Part shown: positions 25,001 to 38,630 of the stretch, piece after piece
Layout: each line of letters opens with the position of its first letter
Position numbering within the stretch: the first letter of the stretch is position 1
Origin: Callorhinchus milii
Lineage: Eukaryota
Assembly (NCBI RefSeq): GCF_018977255.1
Contig: NW_024704771.1
Span: 2,790,001-2,854,000, forward strand
Length of the DNA stretch: 64,000 nucleotides
Direction: 5' to 3'
Program-made: the position numbers and the translations under genes
Notes under the pieces: generated by a model
What the model saw: the letters and a program-made list of their open reading frames with translations, nothing else
Told to the model about the DNA's origin: nothing
The model's database searches: none

Positions 25001-25249
25001 ACAACTGTGAATAGCAAATTTATGACAGTAATATTTCTCAGTGGATATGTATCTCATATAACTCACATGAGAGATAAAACCAAAGTCCCGTCTGTATTTC
25101 AATACAAAAAAACACTTTACAGTATATCATGTGAAGAACTTTGAGTTATCTCAATGACGTGATCAGCTGGCATATCAAATGCAAGGATTATTATTATTAT
25201 GATTACTACTACTTTCAAGTTACACAAAGATACAAGTTGGTGGTTAGAT

Positions 25250-25635
25250 GGAGTCCTGTAGCTCAATGGCAAAGCACTCACCTCACAAATGAGAGACCTG
25301 GGTTTGATTCCCGGCAGGTCGAAATATTGCGCAATTTTCTTCACTCCACTTACCTCTGTTTACTTAGCAGTAAATAGTAATCTGGTTGTTAGTTGATTGG
25401 CATCGCTGTCCTAGTGGTAATAATTGCTTTAAAAAAATCGAAATCAAAATAATAATAAATTTTTTCACTTCAATCCATGAATATTTGTAGGACACTGCTG
25501 TGCACAATTTGCTGCCATGGCTTTTGCCTAAAAATATTGGGTCAATTCAATTCACAGTGTATTCTGTGAATTGCTTTGAGACATCTTGAGGAGATATTTA
25601 GGCGCTACATCAAATACAAGGATTATTATTATGAT
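25250..25635 (+). mobile_element. tRNA-derived SINE
   Basis: gagtcctgtagctcaatggcaaagcac head, gggtttgattccc B-box, caaggattattattatg tail. Confidence 0.7.
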
Positions 25636-26510
25636 TATGATGGTCAAATTTAGGATAGATTAATTTCATTTCACAGATGTGGAATCTGGGATGGCGATGG
25701 TTACGAGGAAGCAAAGTGGAAGCCGAGATATCGTAACATAATATAATAATAATAATCCTTGCATTTGATATACGTTTTCTCGACATCTCAAAGCGCTTCA
25801 CAGAATAGACTGTAAAGTGAATTGACCGTATAATTTGTGGGTGAAACAGCTTGGTGCTGCAAAGGGAGAGACAGAGTGTCTAGATTCTGGAAGCACGACT
25901 ATCTGATTCATGGATGAAGATCTAAAAAGCTGTTCACATTCCCTCTGAGGAAAGTGAGTCTGTTTTTTGATGTGTTAGGGATGTATTTCTTGCCAAAAAA
26001 AATCAGGTTCTCAGGAGTATCTAAATCGAGAGAGATTTACACACAAGGTTACACCAACACAATTAACTTTATGTGTACCTGTAATGGGATGGACAATCTC
26101 TTCCTTGAAACAGTCGAATGCTTATCCATTTCTGTGTATAATATGAGGCAAATTTCGGCATGAGCCAATGTGTCGGGATGCAAGTTTGGTTTGAGGTGGG
26201 GTGGAGAGTGGTAATAGCTGAAGTATAACAGTTTGCCATTGAGTTCTTTCTCTGTCACAATTACCACACCAATAGTTTGGCCAATAGGTGATAGGAATGA
26301 GTGAGAAAGAATCTCTGATCTCAATGATCAGTCTGTCTCACCAAGTCGTGTGGACGAGATATACTGTTTGTTCTGTTATCAGTATTGCCCTGACAAATGG
26401 GACCGCCACAGATAATGGAATTTTCTAACAGACTCAATCAGGCGTCAACCAGTCTGTAAACAGTCCCAAACCCAGAGAAATGTATGATTGCTTCTGTGCA
26501 TTTCTTGCAG

Positions 26511-27415
26511 GGATCGCGTTGACCATTGTGGTCCTGGCTCAGGGAATGTGTGGACTCTCCAAATGTGTCACTCGTTATCTGGTCGCAATGGCTGTTGCTG
26601 ATTTGTTGGTCATGGTCTTTGATGTCATCCTATATGACGCAATTAATTTACACCTTCCGCACTCACCCACACGCCAAACACCTGTGTGCCGTCTACACCT
26701 GGTGGTTTGCTTTGTTATCGTCGAATCCTCTGCCTGGCTGACCGTGGCCTTCACCTTCGACCGCTTCACAGCCATCTGCTGCCCAAAGCTCAAAATCAAG
26801 TACTGCACTGAGAAGACAGCGGGTTTGGTGATCTGGACAATCTGTGCAGTTTTATGTGTGGAGAACATCCCTTTGTACTTCATCTACCAACCACAGTTGA
26901 TAATCAATTGGCAGCCCTGGTACTGCTCTGTCAAGCCCAATGTTTACACCTCTCCAGCCTGGAGAGCCTTTGCCTGGTCGGATGTTATTGCCAATCCACT
27001 TCTTCCCTTCATCCCCATCTTCCTCTTCAACACCCTGACCATCAGACACGTGCTGTTGGCCAGCAGGGTGCGTCAGGGTCTGCGAGTGGCTGTAAAGGGG
27101 AGGGATGAGGAGATGGAGAGCCGGCGGAAATCCATCATCCTGCTCTTTACCATCTCGGGCAGCTTCGTGTTGCTGTGGCTCACCTACATGGTCACTTTCA
27201 TGTATGCGATGGTAACAGAGGCCGAGCACCTGCAGTCTGACTACAGCAGCCCTTTCACCATCGCTGAGCATGTGGGTTACATGTTGAAGCATCTGAGCTC
27301 CTGCTCCAACACCTTCATCTACGGTGTGACCCAGAACCAATTCAGGCAACGGCTCAAATCCATCATCACTTACCCCATCATTCGCTTACTGGGACACTCA
27401 CAAAACCCCACTTAG
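26511..27415 (+). CDS. GPR139/GPR142-like GPCR gene 2, exon 2 (spliced protein 322 aa)
   Basis: Acceptor tttcttgcag|GG; uninterrupted 7TM frame with FDRF and NTFIY; TAG at 27413-27415. Confidence 0.92.
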
Positions 27416-27729
27416 CTGTGCTGCCCTGTTCTGTCTTATCAGAGCAGATAAAGACACACACGCTCACACGCTCACACAAGCCCCCGCGTGTTGTGCAATG
27501 GATGTTCAGTCTTCAAGAATTCTCTTCAATCAGCATTTCGAATATCAATTGTGAATGTCATGTCTATGGCTCCTATACTGTAGTTTGTAATATTTGTATC
27601 TGTATATTCTGTTACCTCTGTCTGTCTTAATTGAATTCCTCTGAGCTGTAAGTAAATAGTTTGGGTTTCGTTGAACACTCTGATGTGCGTATGTGTGTGA
27701 ATGATGCCAGAGTGCCATTACCCCACTCT

Positions 27730-28520
27730 TAATCCATAGACCTGCAATTTTTTCTTTTCAAGTTATTTTCCAAAACCTTTTTGATATCTACTATCCAATG
27801 TGCATTAACCCACCTTTCAAGCTGTACAATCCACATCATAGTGACTCTCTGGGTAAAAATGTTCTCATTATCTCCCTCCTGGTTAGTTTGCAAATTTAGG
27901 AATGACACCAGAGTCTAAAGTTATGGGAATTTTCAATAGAGGTTCAAAATTATAAAGGGTTTTGATAGAGTAAATAGCCAGAAACAGTGTCCTCTGATGA
28001 CAGACCCACCCGCCAGCAGAATCAGCCCCAGCAAATTTGAGACATTCTTCCAGAAGTGTGGTGCCCAGAATTGGACACAATACTCCATATAAGACCTATC
28101 CAGCAATTTGTAAAGAAGCAACATAACGTCCTTGCTTTTATACACTATGCCTCTATTTATAAAGTCAATGATTTCAAAAGCTTCTTTAACAATTTTGTTA
28201 ACTTCTCCTATCACTTTTCAAAGATATGAGTATGTGAAGCCCCAGATCTCTCTGTTTCCACAGGAGACAAGATGTTGACTGGAGCCAAAGAATACGGCTT
28301 CTGCCTTGCCAACATTCAGATTCAGGAATGTTCCACTCATCCACAGCTTGATATCCATCAAAAAGGCTGACAGAAAAAAGGCTGACAGAAGTTCCGTGCA
28401 CTGGGTATCACAGATCAAGGAGAAGAATTAGATATGGGGGTCATGCTCATACATGTGAAAGTTGACCCCATGTCTGTGGATAACATCAACGAGGCAGAGC
28501 ATTATGTTAAGGAAAAGTTG
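27730..28520 (-). mobile_element. CR1 plus L2 composite downstream of gene 2
   Basis: ORF 27933-28214 FINRGIVYKSKDVMLLLYKLLDRSYMEYCVQFWAPHF (CR1); ORF 28218-28418 DIKLWMSGTFLNLNVGKAEAVFFGS (L2). Confidence 0.75.
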
Positions 28521-28904
28521 GACAAGGATAAAGACTCGGGTTACACCATACGTGAACTTGCGGCGGCGGTATGNAAAAATATTTGCCAAAATGTTTTATT
28601 GGTGATTGTTAAGTAAGACTGGAACCAAAAAATGTCTAATAAATGGTCTGGGATACATGTGCAGTTTTTAGGTTAAACAACAGAATATTATTTAGAATTT
28701 GATATTCCATTGTCAACCAAATCACGTCAGATGTAGCTCAAATTCAACGAGAGCACACGAATGTGACCCCTCATACATAAATTAAATGTTTGCCAATTCA
28801 AAAACTAATTCCGTGGTGATTTGCAAACAGAAACTGTCTCTTTGTTCCTTCCACACACTCACTGCCCTGGAGGGTCATTTCCTGGTTCTTCTCAGCACGA
28901 TTCT

Positions 28905-29120
28905 TCATTCCCTGATGTGCAGTTTGTGACAAGACTTTACTATGAAAAGAGGACGAGTCTTGAAGGAGATGGGATAGCTTTTTGGCTTCAGCAGCAGTCA
29001 TTTGTACAGTAATAATGTGGAGATCTCTCATTCCTTCAAAGCTGTCTCAATGATCGACAGCTCTGGCAGTGCATCTGGCGCTGTGTTCAAGGAGAGCAAC
29101 CGTCCTGATCATGAGAACAA
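28905..29120 (+). promoter_or_regulatory. Shadow promoter module of the deleted unit
   Basis: Paralog of 19370-19600; mirror copy at 44630-44840 (-). Confidence 0.45.
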
Positions 29121-29182
29121 TCTTTTAATACTTTTGTTGATTAGACTCGGCCTATGTTCTCTAGAATACAGAATTAGAGGTG

Positions 29183-29386
29183 ATCTGCTGCCCAAAGCTC
29201 AAAACTAATTACTGCACCGAGAGGACAGCGGGTTTGGTGATCTGGACAATCTGTGCAATTTTATGTATAAAGAACATCCCTTTGTATTTCATTTACCCAC
29301 AATCAATGTTACTGCTCCGTCAAGCCCAATTTTTACACCTCTTCCAACTGGAGGGTCTTCGCCTGGTCGGATTTTATTGCAAACTC
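29183..29386 (+). pseudogene. GPCR pseudogene 3, internal exon-2 fragment fused to CR1
   Basis: ICCPKLKTNYCTERTAGLVIWTICAILCIKNIPLYFIY, then frameshift and deletion to 3'UTR homology. Confidence 0.85.
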
Positions 29387-29610
29387 TAAGTAAATAGTTT
29401 GGATTTTGTGGAAAAGGCTGATATATGCAAGTGTGTGAATGATGCCAGAGTGCCACTAAACCAATCTCACTCCATTTTCTTTTCAATTCATTTTCCTATA
29501 CCTTTTTGGTATCTACTATCCAATCTGCTTCCACCAACCTTTCCAAGCTATACATTCCACATCATAATTACCCTCTGGGCAAAAAATGTTCTCCTTATCT
29601 CCCTTCTGGT

Positions 29611-29640
29611 NNNNNNNNNNNNNNNNNNNNNNNNNNNNNN
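29611..29640. other. Assembly gap (30 N)
   Basis: Run of N. Confidence 1.
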
Positions 29641-31583
29641 AGCTAACCCATGACTCCCTAGCCTTGATGGTTTTCGGCTTATGACATGAAATGAGCAGGA
29701 CAATAACTCTAGACCCTTGATCTTGAGACTATGTCCCCCAGTTTTAGATTTTCCAACCAGGGAAACAGTCTCACAACATCTACCTTGTCAAGAACCTTCA
29801 GAATCGTATAGGTTTCTAGAAGATCACCTCTAATTCTTCGGTATCTGGAGAACATAGGCCGAGTGGAGTGAAAGATCTTTGCAAACAACCCAACATTATT
29901 ATGGACAAATGACTGTTGCTGAAGCCAAAAAGCTATCTCGTCTCCTTCAAGACTGGTCCTCTATTCATAGTAAGGTCTCGTCACAAACTGCACATCAGGG
30001 AATGAAGAATTGTGCTGAGAAGAACCAGGAAATGACCCTCCAGGGCAGTGAGTGTGTGGAAGAACAAAGAGACAGTTTCTGTTGGCAAATCATGACGGAA
30101 TTAGTTATTGAATTGGCTAACATTTAATTTGGGTATGAGGGGTCACATTCGTGTGCTCTCGTTGAATTTGAACTACATCTGACGTGATATGCTTGACAAT
30201 GGAATATCAAATTCTAAATAATATTCTGTTGTTTCACCTAAAAACCGCACATGTATCCCAGACCATTTATAAGACTCTTTTGGTTCCAGTCTTACTTAAC
30301 AATCACCAATAAAACATTTTGGCAAATATTTTTTCATACCCCCCCACCAGTTCACTTATGGTGTAACCCGAGTCTTTATCCTTTTCCAACTTTTCCTGAA
30401 CGACATGCTCTGCCTTGCTGATGTTATCCACAGACATGAGGTCAACTTTCACATGTATGTGCATGACGCCCATATCTAATTGTTCTCCTCGATCTGCGAC
30501 ACCAAGTGCACTGAACTTCTGTCAGCCTTTTTTCTGTCATCCTTTTTGATGGACATCAAGGTGTGGATGAGTGGAAATTTCCTGAATCTGAATGTTGGCA
30601 AGGCAGAAGCCGTATTCTGTCAACATCTTGTCTCCTGTGGAAACAGAGAGATCTGGGGGTTCACATACTCATATCTTGAAATTGATAGGATAAGTTTACA
30701 AAGTTGTTAAAAGAAACTTTTGAAATCATTGGCTTTATAAATAGAGGCAGAGTGTATAAAAGCAAGGACGTTATGTTGCCTCTTTACAAATTGCTGGTTA
30801 GGTCTTATAGGGAGTATTGTGTCCAATTCTGCGCATCACACTTCCGGAAGAATGTCTCAAATTTGCTGGGGCAGATTCTGCTGGCGGGCGGGTCTGTCAT
30901 CAGAAGACACAGTTTCTGGCTATTTACTCTATCAAAACCCTTTATAATTTTGAACACCTCTATTGAAAATTCCCTTAACTTTCTCTGCTCCGAGGAGAAC
31001 AATCTCAGACTCTCCAGTACTCTACTCAATTGAATTCCTTCATCCCTGGTATCATTCTGGTAAATCTCTGCACTCTCACCAAGACTGTGGCATCATTCCT
31101 AAATTTGCAAACTAACCAGAAGGGAGATAAGGAGAACATTTTTTACCCAGAGAGTTATTATGATGTGGAATATATAGCTTGAACGGTTGGTGGAAGCAGA
31201 TTGTACAGTAAATAATAAAAGGTATTAGAAAATGACTTGAAAAGAAAAAAATTGCAGGTCTATGGATTAAGAGTGGGGTAGTGGCACTCTGGCATCATTC
31301 ACACACATACGCACATCAGCGTATTCAAGGAAACCCAAACTATTTACTTACAGCTCAGAGGAATTGAATTAAGACAGACAGAGGTAACAGAATATACAGA
31401 TACAAATATTATAAACTACAGTATAGGAGCCATAGACATGACATTCACAATTGATATTCAAAATGCTGATTGAAGAGAATTCTTGAAGACTGAACATCCA
31501 TTGCACAACACGCGGGGGCTTGTGTGAGGGTGTGAGTGTGTGTGTCTTTATCTGTGCTGATAAGACAGAACAGGGCAGCGCAG

Positions 31584-32130
31584 CTAAGTGGGGTTTTGTG
31601 AGTGTCCCAGTAAGCGAGTGATGGGGTAAGTGACGATGGATTTGAGCTGTTGCCTGAATTGGTTCTGGGTCACACCGTAGATGAAGGTGTTGGAGCAGGA
31701 GCTCAGACGCTGCAGCATGTAACCCACATGCTCAGCGATGGTGAAAGGGCTGCTGTAGTCAGACTGCAGTTGCTCAGCCTCTGTTACCACTGTATGAATG
31801 AAAGGGACCATGTAGGTGAGCAACAGCAACACAAAGCTGCCCGAGATGGTAAAGAGAAGATAATGGATTTACTCCGACTCTCCATCTCCTTGACCTTCCC
31901 CATCACAGCCCCTCGCAGACTGTGCCGCACCCTGCTGGCCACCAGTATGTGTCTGATGGTCAGAGTGTTGAAGAGGAGGATGATGATGAAGGGAAATAGT
32001 AGGTTTGCAATAACTTCGACCAGTCGAAGACCCTCCACGCTGGAGAGGTGTAAAAATTGGGCTTCACGGAGCAGTACCAGGGCTGCCCATTGATTACCAA
32101 TCGTGGTTATTAAATGAAATACAAAGGGAT
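31584..32130 (-). pseudogene. GPCR pseudogene 4, 3' half of exon 2 with frameshifts
   Basis: VIANLLFPFIIILLFNTLTIRHILVASRVRHSLRG...SRSKSII, frameshift, then LLLLTYMVPF...NTFIYGVTQNQFRQ; preceded directly by L2 sequence. Confidence 0.85.
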
Positions 32131-33040
32131 GGAGGGATTTGAAGACAAGGGTGAGGATCTTGAAATCGATCCAACTCTGGAATAGGCAGCCAGTGCAGTC
32201 TGGCGAGGACTGGGGTAATCGGGGTGTGGAATTGTGTGTGGGTGAGATTTCCGGCAGCAGAGTTTTAAATAATTTGGATTTTTTGGATGGAAGTGTGGGG
32301 GAGGCCGGCGAGCAGGGCATTTGCATAGTCCAGCCAGGAGGTGACAAAGTCATGGAACAAGGGCTTTCGGAGATAGGTATTGGCAGAAATGGGCGATGCA
32401 TCGGTGGCGGAAGAAGGTGGTGCTGGAGAGGAACTAGATGTGGGGGAAGAAGGATAATTGGGTCGAACCTGACGTCTCGGTTGCGTATGGGTTGAAAGAG
32501 TATTAGGGAGAGGTTGGGAAGGTGGAGGAGGTGAGAACTGTGGGATTTGGGACGTTGATGGGGTATGGCTTCCATCTTGTCAATGTTTAGCTGAAGGAAA
32601 TTTGCGCTCATCCAGCCCCTGAGATCTGACCGGTAGGCTGACAGAACATCAGGGAACTGGGGGTCGCAACGAGGATAGAAAAATAGAGTTGGGTGCCGTC
32701 CGCATACATGTGGAAAAATATCCCATGTCTGCGGATGATATCCCCAAGAGGGAGCATGTAGATCCGAAAGAGGATGGGGCCAAGGATGGATTCTTGGTGT
32801 TCCCCACAGGTAGCGGGAAGAGAAGCCATTTATGCAGATGTACTGCTGGCGGCTTGTGAGGTAGGACTTGAACCATGTGAGAGTGGTCCCACTGAATTGG
32901 ATGATGGAAGAAAGATGGTGGAGGAGGATGGTGTGATCAACTGTTGAACGCGGTGGAGAGTTCCAGGAGGACAAGGAGGCAGAGGGAGCCCTGGTCACAA
33001 ATAGAGAGGACTTTTGCAAGGCAGAGCAGGTTTGTAATGG
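32131..33040 (-). mobile_element. L2-clade LINE RT fragment (shortened copy of 42840-44420)
   Basis: [38 protein letters not shown]; WMSANFLQLNIDKMEAI; IDFKILTLVFKSLH. Confidence 0.85.
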
Positions 33041-33424
33041 AATGGAAGTAAATAATAAAAAGGTATTAGAAAATGACTTGAAAAGAAAAAAATTGCAGGT
33101 CTATGGATTAAGAGTGGGGTAGTGGCACTCTGGCATCATTCACACACATACGCACATCAGTGTATTCAAGGAAACCCAAACTATTTACTTACAGCTCAGA
33201 GGAATTGAATTAAGACAGACAGAGGTAACAGAATATACAGATACAAATATTATAAACTACAGTATAGGAGCCATAGACATGACATTCACAATTGATATTC
33301 AAAATGCTGATTGAAGAGAATTCTTGAAGACTGAACATCCATTGCACAACACGCGGGGGCTTGTGTGAGGGTGTGAGTGTGTGTGTCTTTATCTGTGCTG
33401 ATAAGCCAGAACAGGGCAGCGCAG

Positions 33425-34329
33425 CTAAGTGGGGTTTTGTGAGTGTCCCAGTAAGCGAGTGATGGGGTAAGTGACGATGGATTTGAGCTGTTGCCTGAAT
33501 TGGTTCTGGGTCACACTGTAGATGAAGGTGTTGGAGCAGGAGTTCAGACGCTGCAGCATGTAACCCACATGCTCAGCGATGGTGAAAGGGCTGCTGTAGT
33601 CAGACTGCAGGTACTCGGCCTCTGTTACCATCGCATACATGAAGGTGACCATGTAGGTGAGCAACAGCAACACAAAGCTGCCCGAGATGGTAAAGAGCAG
33701 GATGATGGATTTCCGCCGGCTCTCCATCTCCTCATCGCGCCCCTTTGCAGCCCCTCGCAGACCCTGACGGACCTTGCAGGCCAACAGCACATGCCTGATG
33801 GTCAGGGTGTTGAAAGGGAGGATGAGGATGAAGGGAAGAATTGGGTTTGCAATTACATCCAACCAGGCAAAGACAGTCCAGGCTGGAGAGGTGTAAAAAT
33901 TGGGCTTGACGGAGCAGTACCAGGGCTGTCCATTGATTACAAACCGTGGTTGGTAGATGAAATATATGGGGATGTTCTCCACACATAAAACTGCACAGAT
34001 TGTCCAGATCACCAAACCCGCTGTCCTCTCGTTGCAGTGCTTGATTTTGAGCTGTGGGCAGCAGATGGCTGTGAAACGGTCGAAGGTGAAGGCCACGGTC
34101 AGCCAGACAGAGGATTCGATGATAACAAAGCAAAGCACCAGGTGTACACGGCACACAGGTGTTTGCTGTGTGGGTGAGTGTAGAAGGTGTCCATTAATTG
34201 TTTCGTACAGGATGACATCAAAGAACATAACCAGCAAATCAGCAACAGCCATTGCGACCAGATAGCGAGTGACGCATTTGGAGAGTCCACACTTTCCCTG
34301 AGCCAGGACCACAATGGTCAACGCGATCC
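33425..34329 (-). CDS. GPR139/GPR142-like GPCR gene 3, exon 2 (spliced protein 322 aa)
   Basis: Acceptor tttcctgcag|GG at 34330; intact 7TM frame; TAG at 33425-33427. Confidence 0.92.
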
Positions 34330-37300
34330 CTGCAGGAAATGCATAGAAACAATCATACGTTCCTCTGGGTTTGGGACTGTTTACAGAACTGGCTGAAGCC
34401 TGATCGAGCCTGTTAGTGGACACGTGGAATAAATTCCAACTTCTGTGGTGGTCCCATTTGTCAGGGCAATGCTGATAACGGAACAAACAGTATATCTCGT
34501 CCACACGACTTGGTGAGACAGACTGATCATTCAGATCAGAGATTCTTTCTCACTCATTTCTATCAACTAAAGGCCAATCTATTTGTGTGGTAAGTGTGAC
34601 AGAGGAAGAATTCAATGGCAAACTGTTACACTTCAGCTATTACCACTCTCCACCCCACCTCAAACCAAACTTGCATCCCGAAACATTGTCTTATGCCGAA
34701 ATTTGCCTCATATTATACATAGAAATGGCTAAGGATTCGACTGTTTCTCGTGTCCTCCCCATAATAGAACCTGATAGCATTTTCCCAGAGAGAGATGCCT
34801 GACAAATCACAAAACAGGCTCACTTTCCTACGAGGGAATGCGAATAGCTTTTCAGAATCAAATTGAGCACAGCAGTGTCCCACAAACATTGAAGTGGATT
34901 CAAGTGACCAATGTATTATTTTTTTGATTTAGATTTTTTGAAAGCAATTATTACCCCTAGAACAGCGATGTGCCAGTCAATTTACAACCAGATTCCTATT
35001 CACTGCTAAGTAAACAGAGGTGTGTGAAGTAAAGAAAATTGATCAATGTTTCGACCTGCCGGGAATCAAATCCAGGTCTCTCGTTTGCGAGATGAGTCCT
35101 TTGCCATTGAGCTACAGATGAGTCCTTTGCCATTGAGCTACACCTAACCATGAACCTGCATCTTTGTGTATCTTGAAAGTAGTAGTAGTAGAAATAATAA
35201 TAATAAGTTCTTCACATAATATACTGTAAAGTGGTTTGAGTGCATGTTTTGTGTGTCCACGTTTGTTGCACAGCAATGTCCCACAAAGAGTCATGGATTG
35301 AGTGACCAATTTTATTTGGTGGATTTGTAGACCAAGACACCTGATCATACAGACGGGACCTTAGTTTCAGCTCTCATCTGATGGACAAAACCTCCAACAA
35401 TCTCACTCCCAGCACTGCCTGCAATGGATTTCCATCTCCCACTATGTGTTTCCGAATGCGACTTTGGGCTGAAACCTATAACACTCTGAATCAAAGGTAA
35501 GAGTGTTACCACAGCAGCCGACTGACATAGATTGTTACTGGTTTACTTTCTCAATGGCAGAAAGCATATTTGACAAAATATACAAACATATTTTAATTAT
35601 TTAGTCTACATATGGTCTCAGAAATATTTCTGTCATAAATTTGCCATTCTTAGCTGTAAATATGCATTATTAAATGAAAGAGTTCCAAATCATCCAATCG
35701 ATCTTGGCAGCTGATCCTATAACCGTGTTCTCCTCCACACTGCACCTAATTAATTACTAAAAGTATCCTTATTAGAAAGCGTGGAGGTGAGCCTTGACAT
35801 TATTTACGTGCACCTGATCATCCCAATGGATAATTTAGTTAAACAGCTGGTTAAACTACTTGATTTCTTTTTGACCGCTCAACTAATCAGGGTTCATGCT
35901 CCAGACATCCGGGGACCGAGATTACCAGACATTTGTTAGGAGCTGTGGAGCTGTCAGGCTAAGTCGTCCATTGCAACAATCGCAGTGACTCTCCAGGAAA
36001 GCCGTTGAGTGCCATCACAGGAAGCCAACTCCCTTCTCCTCATCTGTCACCAGCTGCCTCCCAGCTTAGGCTCCTGCACTCAGCCTTTGGGATGTGCTAC
36101 GACAAATGCGGAACAAGTCTAAATTGTTATTGTGCATTTCGAATTCTCATTAAAACTCAGGTTCCCCAGCGAACATCCTTATGGCTCTTAATAGAGATGT
36201 CTTTCCTCTAACAAGGGACATGAATGTTAAGTATTTTACATGTGTATTAATTGACTGCTGCTCTCCTGGTTAGACTCTCAGCCACAATCTCGTGCATACT
36301 TGCATTGGCCCAGCGAAGCGCAGTGCACCTCGAATCTCTGGACAAAAACACTTCTCCCCATTCTCAGTCAGCAATGTCTGGGCCCGTCCTGTTGCTCTAG
36401 GCTGACAGACACCTCACAGCCCATCAGAGATGAGAGAGTGAGATTGCATGAACATTAAATCATATTCACTAACTTGCACAAGCACCTGGTGGCAGCCACA
36501 TTCACACCATCTTCTAATCTTTCAAGATATAAAATTAAACTCTTCAGATAGGAGATTATTTGGAAAATAACTTGTTCATGTCCCAAATATAAATATTTGC
36601 TGTTTAATTCACACACTAATTTACTCTTACGTTTGCCAACTCAGTCGGCCTCTATCGCTTACATATTCATTGTCCGTTCAACATAAAGCGTGTTAAGGTT
36701 TCAGTTTATCTGTTGCCTTCAGCATCATAAATAAAAAATATAATATTCTAAGGGTTAACTGTAATCACGGCTGAAGATTTCTAGATAGTGGCATCTATCG
36801 CATCGGGCTCTCTTTCACAAACCTTTGTCTTACCTCTTCCCTATTTGCTTTTAAATTCCATCTTGTACTTCAAAATCCAACCGCGAACCCTGCAACCTCA
36901 CAAACTACAGTTCCATTTCCAACCTGCCTCCCACTGACAAAGCTCTGGAAGGCGTTGTTGCTGGCCAGCTTTGCTCACATCTCTCCCGCCACTTCCAGCC
37001 CACCAGTCGTCCACTCTGGCACAGAGACTATGCTTTTCAAAGCAGACACTTATTTATCTTTGATTGAGCAGCCCTATGTCTGCCTCCACGGCCTCATGGA
37101 CCTCTCTATTCCGATCGACATAGCTAATGATGCCATCCTGTATCTTAGTAGTTAGAGAACCTGCCTCGCAAACGAGAGGACGTGTGTTCGATTCCCGAGT
37201 TGGGTGAAACATTGGGAAGTTTCCTTACTCCACATATCTGTTCACAAAGCTAAAAAAATGAACCTGGTTGTTGGTCGATTGGCAGACCATTTTTCTGGGG

Positions 37301-38566
37301 TTAATAATCCCGTCAATAAATACATAAACTTATTTGGTAACTCAAACGATGACGGGTTGTGGGACACTGCTGTGCCTGCTTCCCCACAAAACATACACAC
37401 ACTTCACTTCACAATATATTATGTGGAGCACTTTGAGACGTCTCAATGAAATGACACGGCGTTGTCATCAATGCAAGGATTATTTCTTATCCTCCTCCAG
37501 CTTCTGCGCCCTTATTAACTTTTGTGGGACCAGGACCTCTTTCCTCCACATCCGCCACATTGCTCTCCTCTGACTGTACCTCATCCGCAATGCAGCCGAA
37601 AGCCTCTTTGACATGTTCGTCAAATTAAATATTGATTAAACAAATGCCCTGCTCGTCGGGCTCTGCAACTTTACTATCCCAACATCCATTTAATCCAGAA
37701 TACCATAACACAAACTGAGACCTACACTTATCACCATTTTCCACCCATAACAGTTAATGCCAGGCTCCAATGTCTCCCTATCACTTTCAAGATCCTCACA
37801 ACCTTCTACTATTTTCTTTATGTCCTGCATCTCCATACATTTCTGACTTCCATACTCCTTAACCCAACACCCGTTTCCACTGCTCGACTGGCACTGGTCT
37901 CCTGATTGTAGCTCGGGCTCAACATTCCACCATCCATGGTTGTCCTTTCAACCCCTAAACACACAGGTCTTTCTCTTCGACTATTCATTCGGTTACCTCG
38001 TGCCTCCATGGAAAATATCCCCAAAAGACACCGGCAGAATGCACCAGCACAGTCAAGTGCTATGGAAACCTACCCTGCATGAGCTGTGCTGTATGAATGA
38101 AATCCTTTTTTTTATTCAACTGTTTGATTACGCTTTTTTGCTTCCCTTCCCTGAATTGGTTCCATCATATCTCTAACCAATCTAAAGAGTTTGGGATGTT
38201 TTCTAACTCTTAACGGTACTAAACAACTAAATTGTTATTTCAGTTTTTGTAGCCTCTCCTTGCAATATGGGATCCCAAAATGTAGCTATCACTCTAACTT
38301 AAAATTTCCGATACCCTTCCTTATTTGAGATTTTCTTCCTGTTTTCAGGAGAACAGAATTATGTAGTGTGATTTATTACGTGATTGTACCTGGAGCTGTT
38401 CGGGTTAGACTGTCTCCAATTGTCTCTGAGGTCCCTCATAGCCATCCTCTAACACTGGGGATCAGGCTGGTTGCTCTCCTCCAGTAAAGAGATATCACTG
38501 TCAGGTGCACAGACACAGCTGTGAGACATGGCTTTGCCCGAGTGAGAGTTACTTGCAATGACTTAC

Positions 38567-38630
38567 CAGGAAAACCAATGAGTCCCAACAGAGGATAAAA
38601 CACCTTTGTTATTTCTGTCAATCCCACCAT
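38567..38630 (-). CDS. GPR139/GPR142-like GPCR gene 3, exon 1 (MVGLTEITKVFYPLLGLIGFP)
   Basis: ATG at 38630, 64 nt, donor GTAAGT at 38566-38561. Confidence 0.85.

Larger units (their letters stand above)
29709..33040. repeat. Segmental duplication, direct copies at ~40411-43860 and ~53793-55622
   Basis: Identical 82-aa spurious ORFs at 29879, 40581 and 53963 (offsets 10702 and 13382 nt); near-identical sequence by eye. Confidence 0.9.

Noticed and set aside
26852-27349. 165-aa antisense ORF recurring at 33491-33988, 46807-47304 and partly 17275-17649
   Set aside because: It is the reverse frame of the GPCR exon; recurrence follows from duplication and codon bias, and the start is non-ATG.
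29879-30127. Identical 82-aa ORF in three copies as a conserved gene
   Set aside because: Antisense of the shadow promoter region inside recent segmental duplicates; non-ATG start and frameshifted in other paralogs.
31784-33019. 411-aa ORF as a LINE-GPCR fusion protein
   Set aside because: Patchwork of shifting frames through a decayed L2 and a pseudogene; the paralog at 42487-43714 is broken into several ORFs.
33425-34504. 359-aa single-exon GPCR ORFs (also 46741-47820)
   Set aside because: Start is GTG in intron sequence; a conserved acceptor and matching phase-1 exon 1 explain the gene better.
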